From contig NC_057719.1 of NCBI RefSeq assembly GCF_004010195.1, forward strand, positions 10,193,300 to 10,250,194: a stretch of DNA of 56,895 bases, given 5' to 3'. Both the position numbers and the translations under genes were made by a program. Shown piece after piece: positions 24,039 through 36,205 of the stretch. Within the stretch, counting starts at the first letter, position 1. The number at the start of each line of letters is the position of its first letter. The notes beneath the pieces are model-generated. The model had not been told where the DNA came from. It made no database searches and worked only from the letters and a program-made list of their open reading frames with translations. The stretch comes from Chiloscyllium plagiosum (lineage: Eukaryota).

Positions 24039-25045
24039 TCATAGAGTCACAGAGATATACAGCACAGAAACAGACCCTTCGGTCCAACTCGTCCACGCCA
24101 ACCAGATAGCCTAACTTAATCTAGTCCCATTTGACAGCACTTGGCCCCTGTCCCTCTAAACCCATCCTATTAGTATACCCATCCAGATGCCTTTTAAATG
24201 CTGTAATTGTACTAGCCTCCACCACTTCCTCTCATTTCATACACGCATCACCCTCTACATGAAAAAGTCGCCCCTTAGGTCCCTTTTATATCTTTCCCCT
24301 CTCACCCTGAACCTATGCTCTCCAGTTCTGGACTGCCCCACCCCAGGGAAAAGACCTTATCTATTTATCCTATCCGTGCCCCTCATGATATTATAAACTG
24401 CTATAATGTCACCTCTCAGCTTCCAACACTTCAGGGAAAACAGCCCCAACCTCTCCCTATAGCTCAAAAGGGTTCAGAAAAGACTTACAGATATGTTGCC
24501 AGGGTTGGAGGATTTGAGCTATAGGGAGAGATTTAATAAGGTGAGGCTGTTTTCTCTGGAGCATCAGATGCTGAGAGGTGACCTTATAGGGCTTAAAAAA
24601 ATCATGAGGGTTGAAAAGTGTGGTGCTGGAAAAGCGCAGCAGGCCAGGCAGCATCCGAGGAGCAGGAGAATCGACGTTTCGGGCCTTTCTTCAGGAATCC
24701 AAAATCATGAGTGGCATGGATAGGATAAATAGACAAGGACTTTTCCCTAGGGTGAGGGGAGTCCAGAATCAGAGGGCATAGGTTTAGGGTGAGAGGGAAA
24801 AGACTTAAAAGGGACCTAATGGCAAGTTTTTCCTACAAACGGTGGCACGTAAAGGAAGTGGTGGAGGCTAGTACAATTACAACATTTAAAAGGTATCTGG
24901 CTGGGTATATGAATAGGAAGGGTTTGGAGAAATATGGGCCAAGTGCTGGCAAATGAGACTAGATTAATTTAGGATATCTGGTCAGCACGGATGAGTTGGA
25001 TCGAACGGTCTGTTTCAGTAATGTGCATCTCTATGGTTGTATGTA
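24039..25045. mobile_element. Two HER1 3' ends joined head-to-head (minus 24039-24467, plus 24468-25045)
   Basis: Both carry outward-facing tails and cover the same region of the LINE. Confidence 0.88.
24609..24700 (-). mobile_element. PLE family A single arm ending just 5' of the HHR core
   Basis: Minus strand ATTCCTGAAGA..GCCCGAAACGTCGATTC; 11-bp TSD AAAATCATGAG at 24598-24608 and 24701-24711. Confidence 0.85.
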
Positions 25046-25148
25046 GCCAAGGGTCACTCCAAACATTAGTTTTGATTTCTCTGCAGAGATGCTGCAGCAA
25101 TTTCTGTTTTTTTGTGTCAAAGTTGAACAAGGTTGTCTCAATTCAAAG

Positions 25149-25336
25149 CTGAAAAATGTGTTGCTGAAAAAACGCAGCAGGTCAGGCAGCATCAAAGGAG
25201 CAGGAGAATCGACGTTTCGGGCATAAGCTCTTCTTCATTCTCCTGCTCCTTTGATGCTGCCTGACCTGCTGTGCTTTTCCAGCAACACATTTTTCAGCTC
25301 TGATCTCCAGCATCTGCAGTCCTCACTTTCTCCCTT
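25149..25336. mobile_element. Palindromic mini-PLE (family A)
   Basis: Near-perfect inverted arms; exact 13-bp TSD TCTCAATTCAAAG at 25136-25148 and 25337-25349. Confidence 0.92.
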
Positions 25337-26019
25337 TCTCAATTCAAAGGTGTGATTGCACTACTCTAAAAGTAAGATAGATCCAAAAGCTGTGAAGGTT
25401 TTATTTGCTGAGTTCATGTCTTTTAAAAATACTTCTTCATTCCAAAAATGATTAGTGCAAAAAGGTCAAAAGCACCTTAGGTGGTTATTAAGGCGTTATA
25501 CACACATGGCAATGAGAATGCAATTTTTGCATTTAGAAAGAAAAAGAGTTGCTGTTGGCCACTGAAGGTACTTAACACTTGGGAACATGTTGCAAAAATA
25601 ATGGTCTTTATGAGCAATGTCTAATATTTAAAGTTTGACCATACTTCACATTTTCCTCGCAGGCACATCATCATTTACCAGTTCTCGTTAAATCAGTATT
25701 AATGTTGCTTCCATACAGTTTGCTAAATGACACAGCACTCCAATAATTAACGTTCGTCTCCAGACCATAAGTTAAATAGTTGCCGAAAACAAATCGCTTC
25801 AGAGTAAAGAAATGTATTAATATTTATCTCTCTACTTTATTTAAATGGGTGATTGATAATTACAACCTAACAAGTTAAAGAGCATTTACAACAACACTGA
25901 TACAACAGTGTGATGGACTATTCAGATCAGTGCTGCCTGCAGACTATGCGATACTAAACTTTGCAAGCCAAAATTTAAAACTCTGAAATGTGTCATCAAA
26001 TCCATCTCCATGTCCCGAA

Positions 26020-26312
26020 ACTTCCCAATCATATCTGTAAGATCCAGCAGCTCTAACATCCTCAAAGCCACTTAGGTCCTCCGAGTCTGCATCCTCCATA
26101 CCCTTCAGCTACTTAGGTCCTGAGCTGTGGAATTCCCTCCCTGAATACATCTATCTCTCTGTTCCTTCAATCAAACTGCGACCTCTTTCATTGATCTTGA
26201 AATGTTCTTACATGATTCAGTGTCAATTCTTGCCAACACTCCTACAAGGTGCCTTGGGGACATTTTATTAAGTTAAAGGTCCCGTATAGATGCAAGCTAC
26301 TGTTGTTGTTGT
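26020..26312 (+). mobile_element. L2-type LINE 3' end
   Basis: FSYLGPELWNSLP remnant; tail AAG.GCCTTGGG.CATTTT..TA.ATGCAAG(TTG)n. Confidence 0.65.
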
Positions 26313-26919
26313 AACATTCAGTAAGAATAGTGTTGGCATCAGAAATGAGCGTCCACACTTAGAGACGTTGTTGTCCTACTGCATAGAGCTATCACATCAA
26401 TTGTAGAGTCATGTCTCAGCCAAAGCTTCAATGGCATTTGACTCTAATGGAATTCTCATTCTGTCAGAGTTCAGTCCTTTTGGTGTTGTGTCTGAACAAG
26501 ACTTTCTGGGATTTTTGTATTTATCTTGCATTTTGCTCTTACATCCCCACTTATGAATACCCAATGCTAACTTTGCGTTACATGTAATTAAATTGAAGTA
26601 GTGTGTTTGAACAAAGCACTTCAGATTTTTGACACACAAATGGAAAACCTCCCCCACCAGCTCTTGAACTTCAATGCAGTGTCTTCAGAAGAAGTTCAAT
26701 ATTCAATCACAGAAATAGGCCATTTATACAGATGTCAGAAACACTAACATTTTTAGTATGCAAAGCAGGTAAAGTCATGCTACAAGTAAGGAGAGCTGAA
26801 TTAATTATGAATCAACCCACACAAGCATCAGACTTGAGCGAAAATGCCCACGCAATGTTCCACACCTCCAATATTCCCACAATAACTGGCGCAATGTCAA
26901 TTTTGCAACTCACATCATT

Positions 26920-27400
26920 GAAATCGTTCTAACGTGAACTTCCATTTCTGAAGCGTTCACCATTTCATTCACTCTGTCCATCAGTATCCGCAGGTCAACT
27001 GCTTTGCCATCTTCAAATCTCACAGCTTTCATCAACTTCCCTCACACTTGGAGGCTATTCTGCACTTTGTCAAGTGATTCTTTTATCACGGCGACCACAC
27101 AGATATTGGAGAGTGATGGGGACTGTAGATGGACTTGTCTCATCTCTCATCTGATTACAGTTTCACCAAATACACCCTTGAAATTAGCAATCTGACCTGT
27201 AGACAGAGGTACAATCATCGTCCCAGTCAACTCAGATCACTTCCAGCAATTTCAACAGCTTTTCTTCTCAGTTCATCCAGTCGAACACAATTTCAAAATC
27301 CACAGAGCAGGCGTATACCTCATGCTGATACTCAATGCTTCTTTTGCTTAACAACCTCATCACTGCTGTAGTGCCTCTCATTCCACAACACTTCATAAAT
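26920..27400 (-). pseudogene. Ancient RTE-clade LINE reverse transcriptase fossil
   Basis: Manual translation: CGMRGTTAVMRLLSKRSIEYQHEVYACSVDFEIVFDWMN*EEKLLKLLEVI*VDW..IR*EMRQVHLQSPSLSNIC..V*GKLMKAVRFEDGKA. This matches the RT motifs F.D..KAFD, GVRQGC.LSP.LFN and RFADD. Confidence 0.75.
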
Positions 27401-27492
27401 GTTACACAGTGCAGCACAAAGTAATGTACCACTTTGGTACTTTTCTACTTGCAATGGATTTTTGAACATTTTCTGTTTGATAATTCATCATG

Positions 27493-27835
27493 TCATAGAA
27501 ACCCTACAGTGTGGAAGCAGACGGCTTGGCCCAGAATATCCACACCAACCCACCGACGAGCATTCCACCCACCCAGCTCCCTTACTCTATCCCTGTAACC
27601 CAGCAATTCCCATGGCTAGCCCACCTAGCCTGCACATCCTTGGACACTACGGGCAATTTAGCATGGCCAAACTACCTAACCTGCACATCTTTGGACTGTG
27701 GGAGGAAACCGGAGCAGCCGGAGGAAGCCCACGCAGACACGGGGAGAATGTGCAAACTCCAAACAGACCGTGGCCGGAAGGTGGTATTAAACTCAATCAC
27801 TGGTGCTGTGGGGCAGCAGTGCTAACCGCTGAACT
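27493..27835 (-). mobile_element. HE1-type SINE
   Basis: HE1 tail, core and head on the minus strand. Confidence 0.88.
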
Positions 27836-27844
27836 GTAATTATG

Positions 27845-28050
27845 TGGGCATCACTGGTAAAGTTGGCACGTGTTGCTAATCCCTAATTGCCCTTGAACTG
27901 GGTCGCTCTCTCGGCCATTTCAAAGGTTTGGGAATAAAGTAGACCAGATCAGGTAAAGCTGGTAGATTTCCTTCCCTGAAGAGCATTGATGAACCTAATG
28001 GATTTTAACAATACATTAAATGATATGTTTCATGGTTAACATGCATGAAA
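27845..28050 (-). mobile_element. SINE fragment (family of 55838-56345)
   Basis: ATCCCTAATTGCCCTTG..AGATTTCCTTCCCT.AAG..CATT..TGAACC. Confidence 0.6.
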
Positions 28051-28245
28051 ATAGTTTTACATCAAAATTAAGAAGAGGAGTTGGCCATTTCGCCCTTCAA
28101 GTCTGGTCTGCCATTCAGTATGATCATGGCTGATCCTCTATCTCAATGCCATATTCCCGCTTTCTCCCCATTCTCCTCGATGCCTTCAAAATTTAAGCAT
28201 TTAAACTACCGCTTTCTATAATATATCCAGTAACTTGTCTGTACT

Positions 28246-28346
28246 TGGCGGCACAGTGACTCAGTGGTTAGCACTGCTGCCTCACAGCACCAGGGACCTG
28301 GGTTCAATTCCCGCCTTGGGCAACTATCTGTGAGGAGTTTACACAT
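28246..28346 (+). mobile_element. HE1 SINE head truncated by a PLE insertion
   Basis: GGCGGCACAGTGACTCAGTGGTTAGCACTGCTGCCTCACAGC..GGTTCAATTCCCG. Confidence 0.85.
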
Positions 28347-28801
28347 TGGCTACTAAGGATAGCTGGGAACACCAGGTAAGGATAACACCAACTAATCACG
28401 AAATGATACGACCAGCTATCCTTAGTAGCCACGCACTCAGGTGACAAGCAACATGAATTCGATTGGGACAACACTACTATTATAGGACAAGCCAAACAGA
28501 GAACAGCCAGGGAATTCCTAGAGGCATGGCATTCATCCACAGATTCAATCAATAAGCACATCGACCTGGACCCAATATACCGACCACTGCAGCGGACAGC
28601 TGGAACTGACAACCGGAAGCGGCAGATACAAATCACTATAAATACTGGAGGAAACATCACAGAAGTGCTTCACAGGAGGCTCCCAAGCACTGAGGATGTC
28701 ACCGAGACAGGGGACGAAACGTCTGCAACACAAATTCCCAGCTCGGCGAACAGAACCACAACAACGAGCACCCGAGCTACAAATCTTCGCTCAAACTTTG
28801 A
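28347..28801 (+). mobile_element. PLE family B 3' end with tail and a short 5' inverted piece
   Basis: HEFDWDNTTIIGQAKQRTAREFLEAWHS; HHR; tail CCCGAGCTACAAATCTTC..AAACTTTG. 28347-28366 is the reverse complement of 28411-28430. Confidence 0.9.
28687..28726 (+). ncRNA. Minimal type I hammerhead ribozyme (family B)
   Basis: GCA CTGAGGA t GTC.CC-gagaca-GG.GAC GAAA CG TC TGC: stem I GCA/TGC, palindromic ACGT stem III. Confidence 0.85.
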
Positions 28802-29254
28802 AATGAGAAATTGCTGAAGGAAGATTAGAGAATGACGGAGAATGCTGTGAGCTAAGGCAACTTGACGTTGAAAGTGGGAGCACCCTACAACTATCTGATT
28901 AGAGAAGTACACAAGGGGCAGAGAAATGAACAGAAAGGACCTGCTCTAAGGCAGATCACTACTTTTTTGCTGCTACGATTTAAGACAATGAAGAGTGATA
29001 TTAGGCAGTGTGTAAAGCTGGAGCTCCATCCAATTCCATGGGCTTGCTGTTTGGCCTGTTAGGCTGACTTTGCCTGTGGAGTTTACAGCATGGATTCGGT
29101 GCCAAAGTCAGGTTAACCCCAGTTATTCTCAAGAAATACTTTGCCTTGCCTCACTAAAGCACGAGCAAGCTGTGAGCATCACAGAATTTGAAATCCAGCA
29201 CCTGATGTGGCCCTTTCAAAGTTAAACCAAAGCAGCATGTTCCATCTTCTTGGT

Positions 29255-29562
29255 TGACAAGCAGGAGGCTGGAAGAACACTGCAAGCTTCAGGAGGTGGA
29301 GAAGCTGACCTTTCAGGTGTTACCCTTCTTCAGGACTAGGGGTGGGTGTCAGGGAAGCTGCAGATAAAGGGGAGGGGAGGGGATGATGAGGTAAGGACAA
29401 CTGAACACAGGTAGAGGGTACAACCTGGTTGGTAAATGGGAGGAATGAATCTGGTTGGTGGTTGGAAGGAAGGGTCGGTCAGAGGGATGGAAGTGAGGAG
29501 GAGGGGCTGGGAAGGGAGTTGGGAGATGGGAAGGGAGATTAGTTGAAATTGGAGAACTGAGC
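29255..29562 (-). mobile_element. PLE-like 3' terminus (family E) with a degenerate HHR
   Basis: Minus strand CCTGAAGAAGGGTAACACCTGAAA followed by ..TCTTCCAGCCTCCTGCTTG; same family at 40318-40410. Confidence 0.6.
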
Positions 29563-30169
29563 ATCTGGAGTAGTTTTGTCTGTTCCATCTCCTTGTCGAA
29601 AGTGCTTTAGGTCATTTGGTTACTGGGCAATATCCACAATAAGACAGCAAAAAAGCAAACATGGAATAAAAGGCTGAATGCATGGACTGCAACGAGCCTT
29701 CACCTGTGAGGCAGGCACAGAACTTCAATTCGGCCTTTTACAATTTATTTAAACATTTTATTAATTTAACAGGGAAAGCTATCAGTGGACAACATCGAAA
29801 AAGTTATTCATGCATGTAAATGTTATTCTTTTAAATATTTACCCATTTACTTGTTAATTATTTAAGTAGCCATCACAATACCAGTTGTTCTAAGTTTATT
29901 TTCGGAATGTTTTGTTTAATACAGATTGGAAATTCTCAAAAAGTAACCACAGTGGGATTTGAACTTATGTTCTTTAGATTATTAAACATGTCCTCTGAAG
30001 CATAAATGCAGGAACACATCATAACCCCCTTAGGAATGAAGTAAATGATTAAGCAATGCAAGTTGCACTCATTTGCTCTCAGAAGGATTACATTCAGAAG
30101 GATAACACTGCTGTCAGCTAAGACTTGCATTTTCAAATAGCCAATGCCTTTTTCAGGTAGCAACTATGA

Positions 30170-30890
30170 AAAGAAAGAAGTCTCCAAAGTCTAACACACC
30201 TGTTAGACCTCAGCTGGAGTATTGTGCACAGTCGTAGAAATGACACCAATGCGTTGGAGAAAGTTGTTGGGGCCAGTTTGTTCGATATATTCAAGAGGGA
30301 GTTGTAGCTAAGGGGATCAAGGGTTATGGAGAGATGGCGAGAATGGGATACTGAGCTTGCATGATCATATTGAACGGTGAAGCAGGCTTGAAGGGCCAAA
30401 GGGCCTACCCCTGCACCTATTTTCTACATTATTATGTTTCTAAAGTGCAGAAGCAGTTTACAAGAATGGCTCCAGGAAGGAGGAACTTCAGTTATGAGGA
30501 TAAGATTGAAATTCTCCTGGGAGATAGAAGAGATCTGACAGATGTTTTCAATATCATGATTGATCTGGACAGAAAACAGAGGGAGAGACAGTTCCCACTT
30601 ATACTAGAAACAAAAATGAGAGGACATGATTCTAAAGTGATTTACAAAAGATAAAAGGGTAATGTGAGAAAAAATGTTTTTGCATGGTGAGTACTTCGGG
30701 GATAGAATGCACTGCCTGGAAATGTGAGGGAGGCAGGATCCACTGAGGTATTCAAGAGGGGCACTGGATGGTTGTCTGGTTATAATTAACCTGCAAGGGC
30801 ATGGGATTGGCAATAGGTAATGATGAACAACCGGGGCAGGCACAATGGGCTGATTGGCCTCCATCTATACCATAAAATGTCTGTGATTAT
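30170..30890 (+). mobile_element. Nested old CR1 fragments
   Basis: LVRPQLEYC and KVQKQFTRMAPG..RRDLTDVFNIM remnants, with a younger tail inserted at about 30265-30440. Confidence 0.75.
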
Positions 30891-31456
30891 TTTCTACAGG
30901 CCAACCAACAGTGCTGCACAATTTAGGCATAAATACCACTTGCTGAAATAGGTAATGGTCTACCCTTTGTGAGAAATGCCAGAGAATGTTTCCGTGGTGC
31001 GTATCATAGTTTTTCAGATGCACAGGAATAAAGGTTTTAAGGGACGCTGCTCATGGGTCAGGTTTTCTGCATTGCACTATTTAAAATTAGAAGTACAATC
31101 AAATATAAAATACCATATTTCACATTGATTGCAGAATCTACCAAAGCATAATCCACCTCACACTGGCTTTGGTGAACTATAGTGGCCAGGGCCTAGTGGA
31201 CATAAAGGAAAATGCCACGGTTGGAAATTTCCTGCCAGCCTCTCCTGTTCAGATGGGGTGACACCGGTAAACATCCCACTCCTGTGGAAGGTGGCGGTGA
31301 GAGTGGGATTTGAGGGAGTGGTCAGCCATATGACAGACAAAGTGACAGCTGTAGGTACACCACCAAAGGAATCCCCAGGCCTCAGCAACCAAAGCTGACA
31401 TTCTCAAGTGAACCGCAAAGCCTCACAACTCGCTGTGGATCAGGAACAGCACCTTA

Positions 31457-32085
31457 GAGTCACAGAGTCATAGAGTCATACAGCACGGAGATGAGCCCTT
31501 TGGCCCAAACTGGTCCATGTTGACCAAAATGTCCATCCATGCTAACCTAATCTCCCTGCACTTGGCCCATGTATTCTGTGTCTTATGATCCTGCCCCTCT
31601 AGTTACTTGATGAAGCAGCAGTGCTCTGAAAGCTAGTACTTTCAAATAAACCTGTTGGATTATAACCCCATGTTGTGTGATTTTCAACTTTGTCCACCCT
31701 AGTCCAACACCGGCACCTCCACATCTTTCCTATCCATGTATTTGTCCAAATGCCTTGTAAATGTTGTTAATGTACCCAACTCAACCACTTCCACTGGCAG
31801 CTCATTCCATATGTGTACCACCCTCTGTACAAAAAGGCTGCCCCTCAGGTTCCCTTTTATTCTTTCCCCTCTAACCTTAAACTGGTGCCCTCTAGTCCTT
31901 GATTCCCCAACCCTGGGGAAAAGACAGAGTGCATTCACCCTGTCCATGTCTCTCATTATCTTGTACACTTCTATAAGATCCTCCCTCAATCTCTTATGGT
32001 CTGAAGAAAAAAGACCTAGCTTGTCCAACCTTTCCCTGTAACTCAGACCATTGAGTCCTGGCAGCATCCTTGCATATTTCTTCAG
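31457..32085 (-). mobile_element. CR1/HER1 3' fragment interrupted by a PLE family C terminus (about 31605-31724, plus strand)
   Basis: RMLPGLNGLSYRERLDKLGLFS..TRGHQFKVRG; the insert matches the arms at 44801-45003. Confidence 0.9.
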
Positions 32086-32489
32086 CATTCTTTCCAGGAC
32101 TCTTTGTTTCGTCTCGCTCCCTGAAAAGAATGTCTGCTTGGGCGTGGGATCCTTCCCTTGTAATGGAGGATGCCTTGTCCTGTTTTCTTCCAAGTTCCTT
32201 CAACATCAGGAAGATGCAGTGCTCCTTATTGCATACTGCATATCCTGTCTCTTCCAAAGACGACCTGGCAGGAATTTAGTAACTATATACTTCCAAGACA
32301 TTTGCAGTCTCTCAACGTTATTGTTCCCCGTAATGGAATGGTAAATAGACTATTCTGTCACAAATTGAGGAAGGAACTGGCTGCACATTTATTGATTCTG
32401 CCTGTCTGTTCTCTGTTACAAAGGCAGCAGGGTCCTTGATTTTACTGTCTATCCACGGACTCTGGTACTTACCCTGACATAGGTAGCCA

Positions 32490-32535
32490 CATATATATAT
32501 GTGTGTATATATATATATATATTATATATATATAA
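32490..32535. repeat. (TA)n/(TG)n microsatellite
   Basis: Read directly from the sequence. Confidence 0.95.
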
Positions 32536-32989
32536 AATTTTGATAGAATGATGTATAAACAGACTTAAATGTTGCTTCAGGAGCTCCTGTGTCTAAGTGC
32601 AGTATTTTCTTTCACTGAAAGGAATGTGCACTGTGGGAGGGCACAGATTTAAACAGAATAGTTCTTGCATAATGCTACACAGTCACAGCATGTGCTTTGT
32701 GAGCCACTGATGATGTCCCTATTTTGCTAAATCTTTACAGGTGCTGAATCAGCAACAAATTATTGCTTGGTCAGAAATGAGTTTGGCGGCCACTGGCCAA
32801 AATGGTTGGTGCTTTTCTTTGTCTTCAGGATCACTAGGAACATCAGCCATATCAAAAACAAAAAACATTGTACTGTGCTGCAGAACCAGAAGGCATCGAT
32901 CTGACCAACTGATGGGATCCTAAATCCCAATTTGCTGTACTCAAATTCCCAAAAGTGAGAGCTGATCACGGAGGGAAAATCTGATGAAG

Positions 32990-33235
32990 ACAGAAATAAA
33001 AAAGCCAAGCCTTGCTCGAACCTTGAGCAGCATCTGTGGAGACAGAAACAGACTGAACATTTTGAGTCCAATGACCCTGCATCAGACCGGTTTTGAGTTC
33101 TGAAGAAGAATCTTGCAGGACTTGAAACATTAACTCTGTTGCTCTCTCCACGGATGCTGCCAGACATGTTGAGTTTCTCCAGCATCCTCTGTGCTTGTTT
33201 TAGACTTCCAGCATCTGCAGCATTTTGACTTTGTT
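32990..33235. mobile_element. Palindromic mini-PLE (family D) with two opposed HHRs
   Basis: Plus HHR GAGTT CTGAAGA a gaatc..gactt GAAA CA TT AACTC (33095-33136; stem I GAGTT/AACTC); minus remnant CTGATGC.GGGTC.ATTG.GACTC at 33055-33086. Confidence 0.7.
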
Positions 33236-33385
33236 AAGAATGTGAGGATTTGCTCTAACATGTTTGGTTTCCTGAGGAAGTCAGTGCAGAATAAAGACAG
33301 GAAAATCATTACTCAAGCGATCCCAATGTCAAGGCATTTTTAAAAAAAATCATTCATAGGATTTGGGCGTTGCCAGCAAGGCCAC

Positions 33386-35530
33386 ATTTATTACCCATTG
33401 CCAATTGTCCATTACCCACATTTATTACCCATTGCTATTTGTCCATTACCTATTGCTAATTTCCCATTACCCACGTTTATTACCCACTGATAATTGCCAT
33501 TACACACATTTATTACCCATTGCTAATTGCCCATTACCCACATTTATTACCCATTCCTAATTGCCCAGTACCATATTTATTACCCATTGCTGATTGCCCA
33601 TTACCCACTTTTATTACCCATCGTTAATTTCCTATTACCCATTTTTATTACCCATTACTAATTGCCCATTACCCACAATTATTACCCATTGCTAAGTGTC
33701 CATTAACCAAGTTTATTGCTCACTGCTAATTGCCCATTACCCACATTTATTATCCATTGCTAATTGTCCATTACCTTTTGTTTCCCATTGCTAATTGCTC
33801 ATTACCCATGTTTATTACCAATTGCTAATTGCCTCTTACCTACATTACCCATTGCTAATTTCCCTATATCCATGTTTATTACCCATTGCTAATTGCCCAT
33901 TACCCACATTTATTATCCATTGCTAATTGCCCATTACCATTTTTGTTTCCCATTGCTAATTGTCCATTAACCATGTTTATTACCCATTGCTAATTGCTCA
34001 TTACCCATGTTTATTATCCATTGCTAATTGCCCATTACCATGTTTATTACCCATTGCTAATTGCTCATTACCCATGTTTATTACCAATTGCGAATTGCCC
34101 ATTACCCACGTTATTACCCATTGCTAATTTCCCTATACCCATGTCTATTACCCATTGCTAATTGCCCATTACCCACATTTATTATCCATTGCTAATTGCC
34201 AATATCCATGTTTATTACCCACTGGTAATTGCCAATATCCACATTATTACCCATTGCTAATTGCCCATTATTCAGATTTATTACCCATTGAAAATTGCCT
34301 ATTACCCACATTTATTATCCATTACTAATTGCCCATTATTTATTTATTACCCATTGCTAATTTCCAATTACCCGTTTATTACCAATTGCTAATTGCCCAT
34401 TACCCACGTTTATTACCCATTGCTAATTTCTCATTACCCACGTTTATTACCCATTGCTAATTGCCCATTACCCACGTTTATTACCCATTGCTAATTGTGC
34501 ATTACCCATGTTTATTACCCACTGCTTATTGCCAATATCCACATTTATTACCAATTACTAATTGCCCATTACCCACATTTATTATCCATTGCTAATTGTC
34601 AATATTCACGTTTATTACCCACTGGTAATTGCCAATATCCACGTTTATCACCCATTGCTAATTGCCCATTATTCAGATTTATTACTAATTACTAATTTCC
34701 CATTACCCACGTCTATTACCCATTGTTAATTGTTCATTATTCACATTTATTACCCATTGCTAATTTCCCATTACCCACATTTATTAACCATTGCTAATTG
34801 TCCATTACCCACATTCACTCCCCATTGCTCATTGCCCACTACCCATGGCTTATTACCCATTGATAATTGCCCATTACCCATATTTATTACCCATTGCTAA
34901 TTCCCCATTATTAACATTACCCATTGTTAATTGCCCATTACCCACATTTATTACCCATTGCTAATTGCCCATTACCCATGTTNNNNNNNNNNNNNNNNNN
35001 NNNNNNNNNNNNNNNNNNNNNNNNNNNNNNNNTTATTACCCATTGCTAATTTCCCATTACCCACGTTTATTACCCATTGCTAATTTCCCATTACCCACGT
35101 TTATTACCCATTGCTAATTGCTCATTACCCACGTTTATTATCCATTGCTAATTGCCCATTACCCATGTTTATTACCCATTGCTAATTTCCCATTACCCAC
35201 ATTTATTACCCATTGCTAATTGCTCATTACCCACATTTATTATCCATTGCTAATTGCCCATTACCCATGTTGACTACCCATTGCTAACTGCACATTACCC
35301 ACGTTTATTACCCATTGCTAATTTCCCATTACCCATGTTTATTACCCATTGCTAATTGCCTCTTACCCACGTTTATTACCCATTGCTACTAATTGCCTCT
35401 TACCCACGTTTATTACCCATTGCTAATTGCCTCTTACCCATGTTTATTACCTATTGCTAATTGCCTCTTATCCACATTTATTACCCATTGCTAACTGTCT
35501 GTTATCCATGTTTATTATCCATTGCTAATT
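33386..35530. repeat. 34-bp minisatellite (TTACCCACGTTTATTACCCATTGCTAATTGCCCA)n, about 60 units, spanning the gap at 34983-35032
   Basis: Read directly from the sequence. Confidence 0.97.
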
Positions 35531-36205
35531 TGCCTTGTGCTGAGTCAACTGCAAAGAAGCAAGTTTGGCAGGTGGTAGTGTCCCTATGCTTGGGCCAGCA
35601 AAGGCCCACCTGTTCTACAAACATTTTTCATAGCATCTGCAAACAGGTTGATGAGGAAATATAGTAAACTTTGCTTTAATTGGCACCTTATTTCCAGCAC
35701 TCTTGATAATCTGTCAAAAATTATATACACCTCAAATACTGCAGAGTTTACTGTATCATTCTGTCCAATTACAATAGTTTTTAAAAAAAATTAAATTATC
35801 TCAATGTAAATATACTTGTTCATTCAAATGGTAATATTAAATACTAACAGTTGATTGAATTTCGAGTTAATTTCTCCTCAAATCCAGTGATCTACCGCGA
35901 TATATAAGTGGTCAGTTGAGGGTGCAAGTGAGAAGGCTGTCTGTCAATAAGTATTACTTAAGGCAAAATTGCATTATTATTGAAGTGACTGATGCTGTAA
36001 ATATAGTGTCACAGCGATGTGTATACCTGCATTATGTTTCCATTACTTAGTGTGTTTTAGTGCATTTTTACATTGATTATGTGGGCCTCTTGATTCTCCA
36101 GATTATTTGATCAATCAGGACACTCCTGATTCCATAGATGCCAGATAATAAGAAGTTTACTGTATCTACAAGTTCCACATCGAATCAAGCAGTTGTATAT
36201 CTGGA

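Larger units (their letters stand above)
23885..25110. mobile_element. Palindromic PLE (family D) split by a head-to-head HER1 pair
   Basis: Left arm 23885-24018 ends at CTTCTTCAGAA (HHR core, minus strand); right arm 25048-25110. Confidence 0.6.

Noticed and set aside
32085..32930. Possible host exons (minus-strand donor CAGG|GTAAGT at about 32470; plus-strand acceptor TTTACAG at 32740)
   Set aside because: No recognisable protein similarity and no consistent exon with both splice sites; needs RNA-seq.
33386..35530. CRISPR-like array (34-bp periodicity)
   Set aside because: Units are contiguous with no unique spacers, there are no cas genes, and the context is vertebrate. It is a minisatellite.
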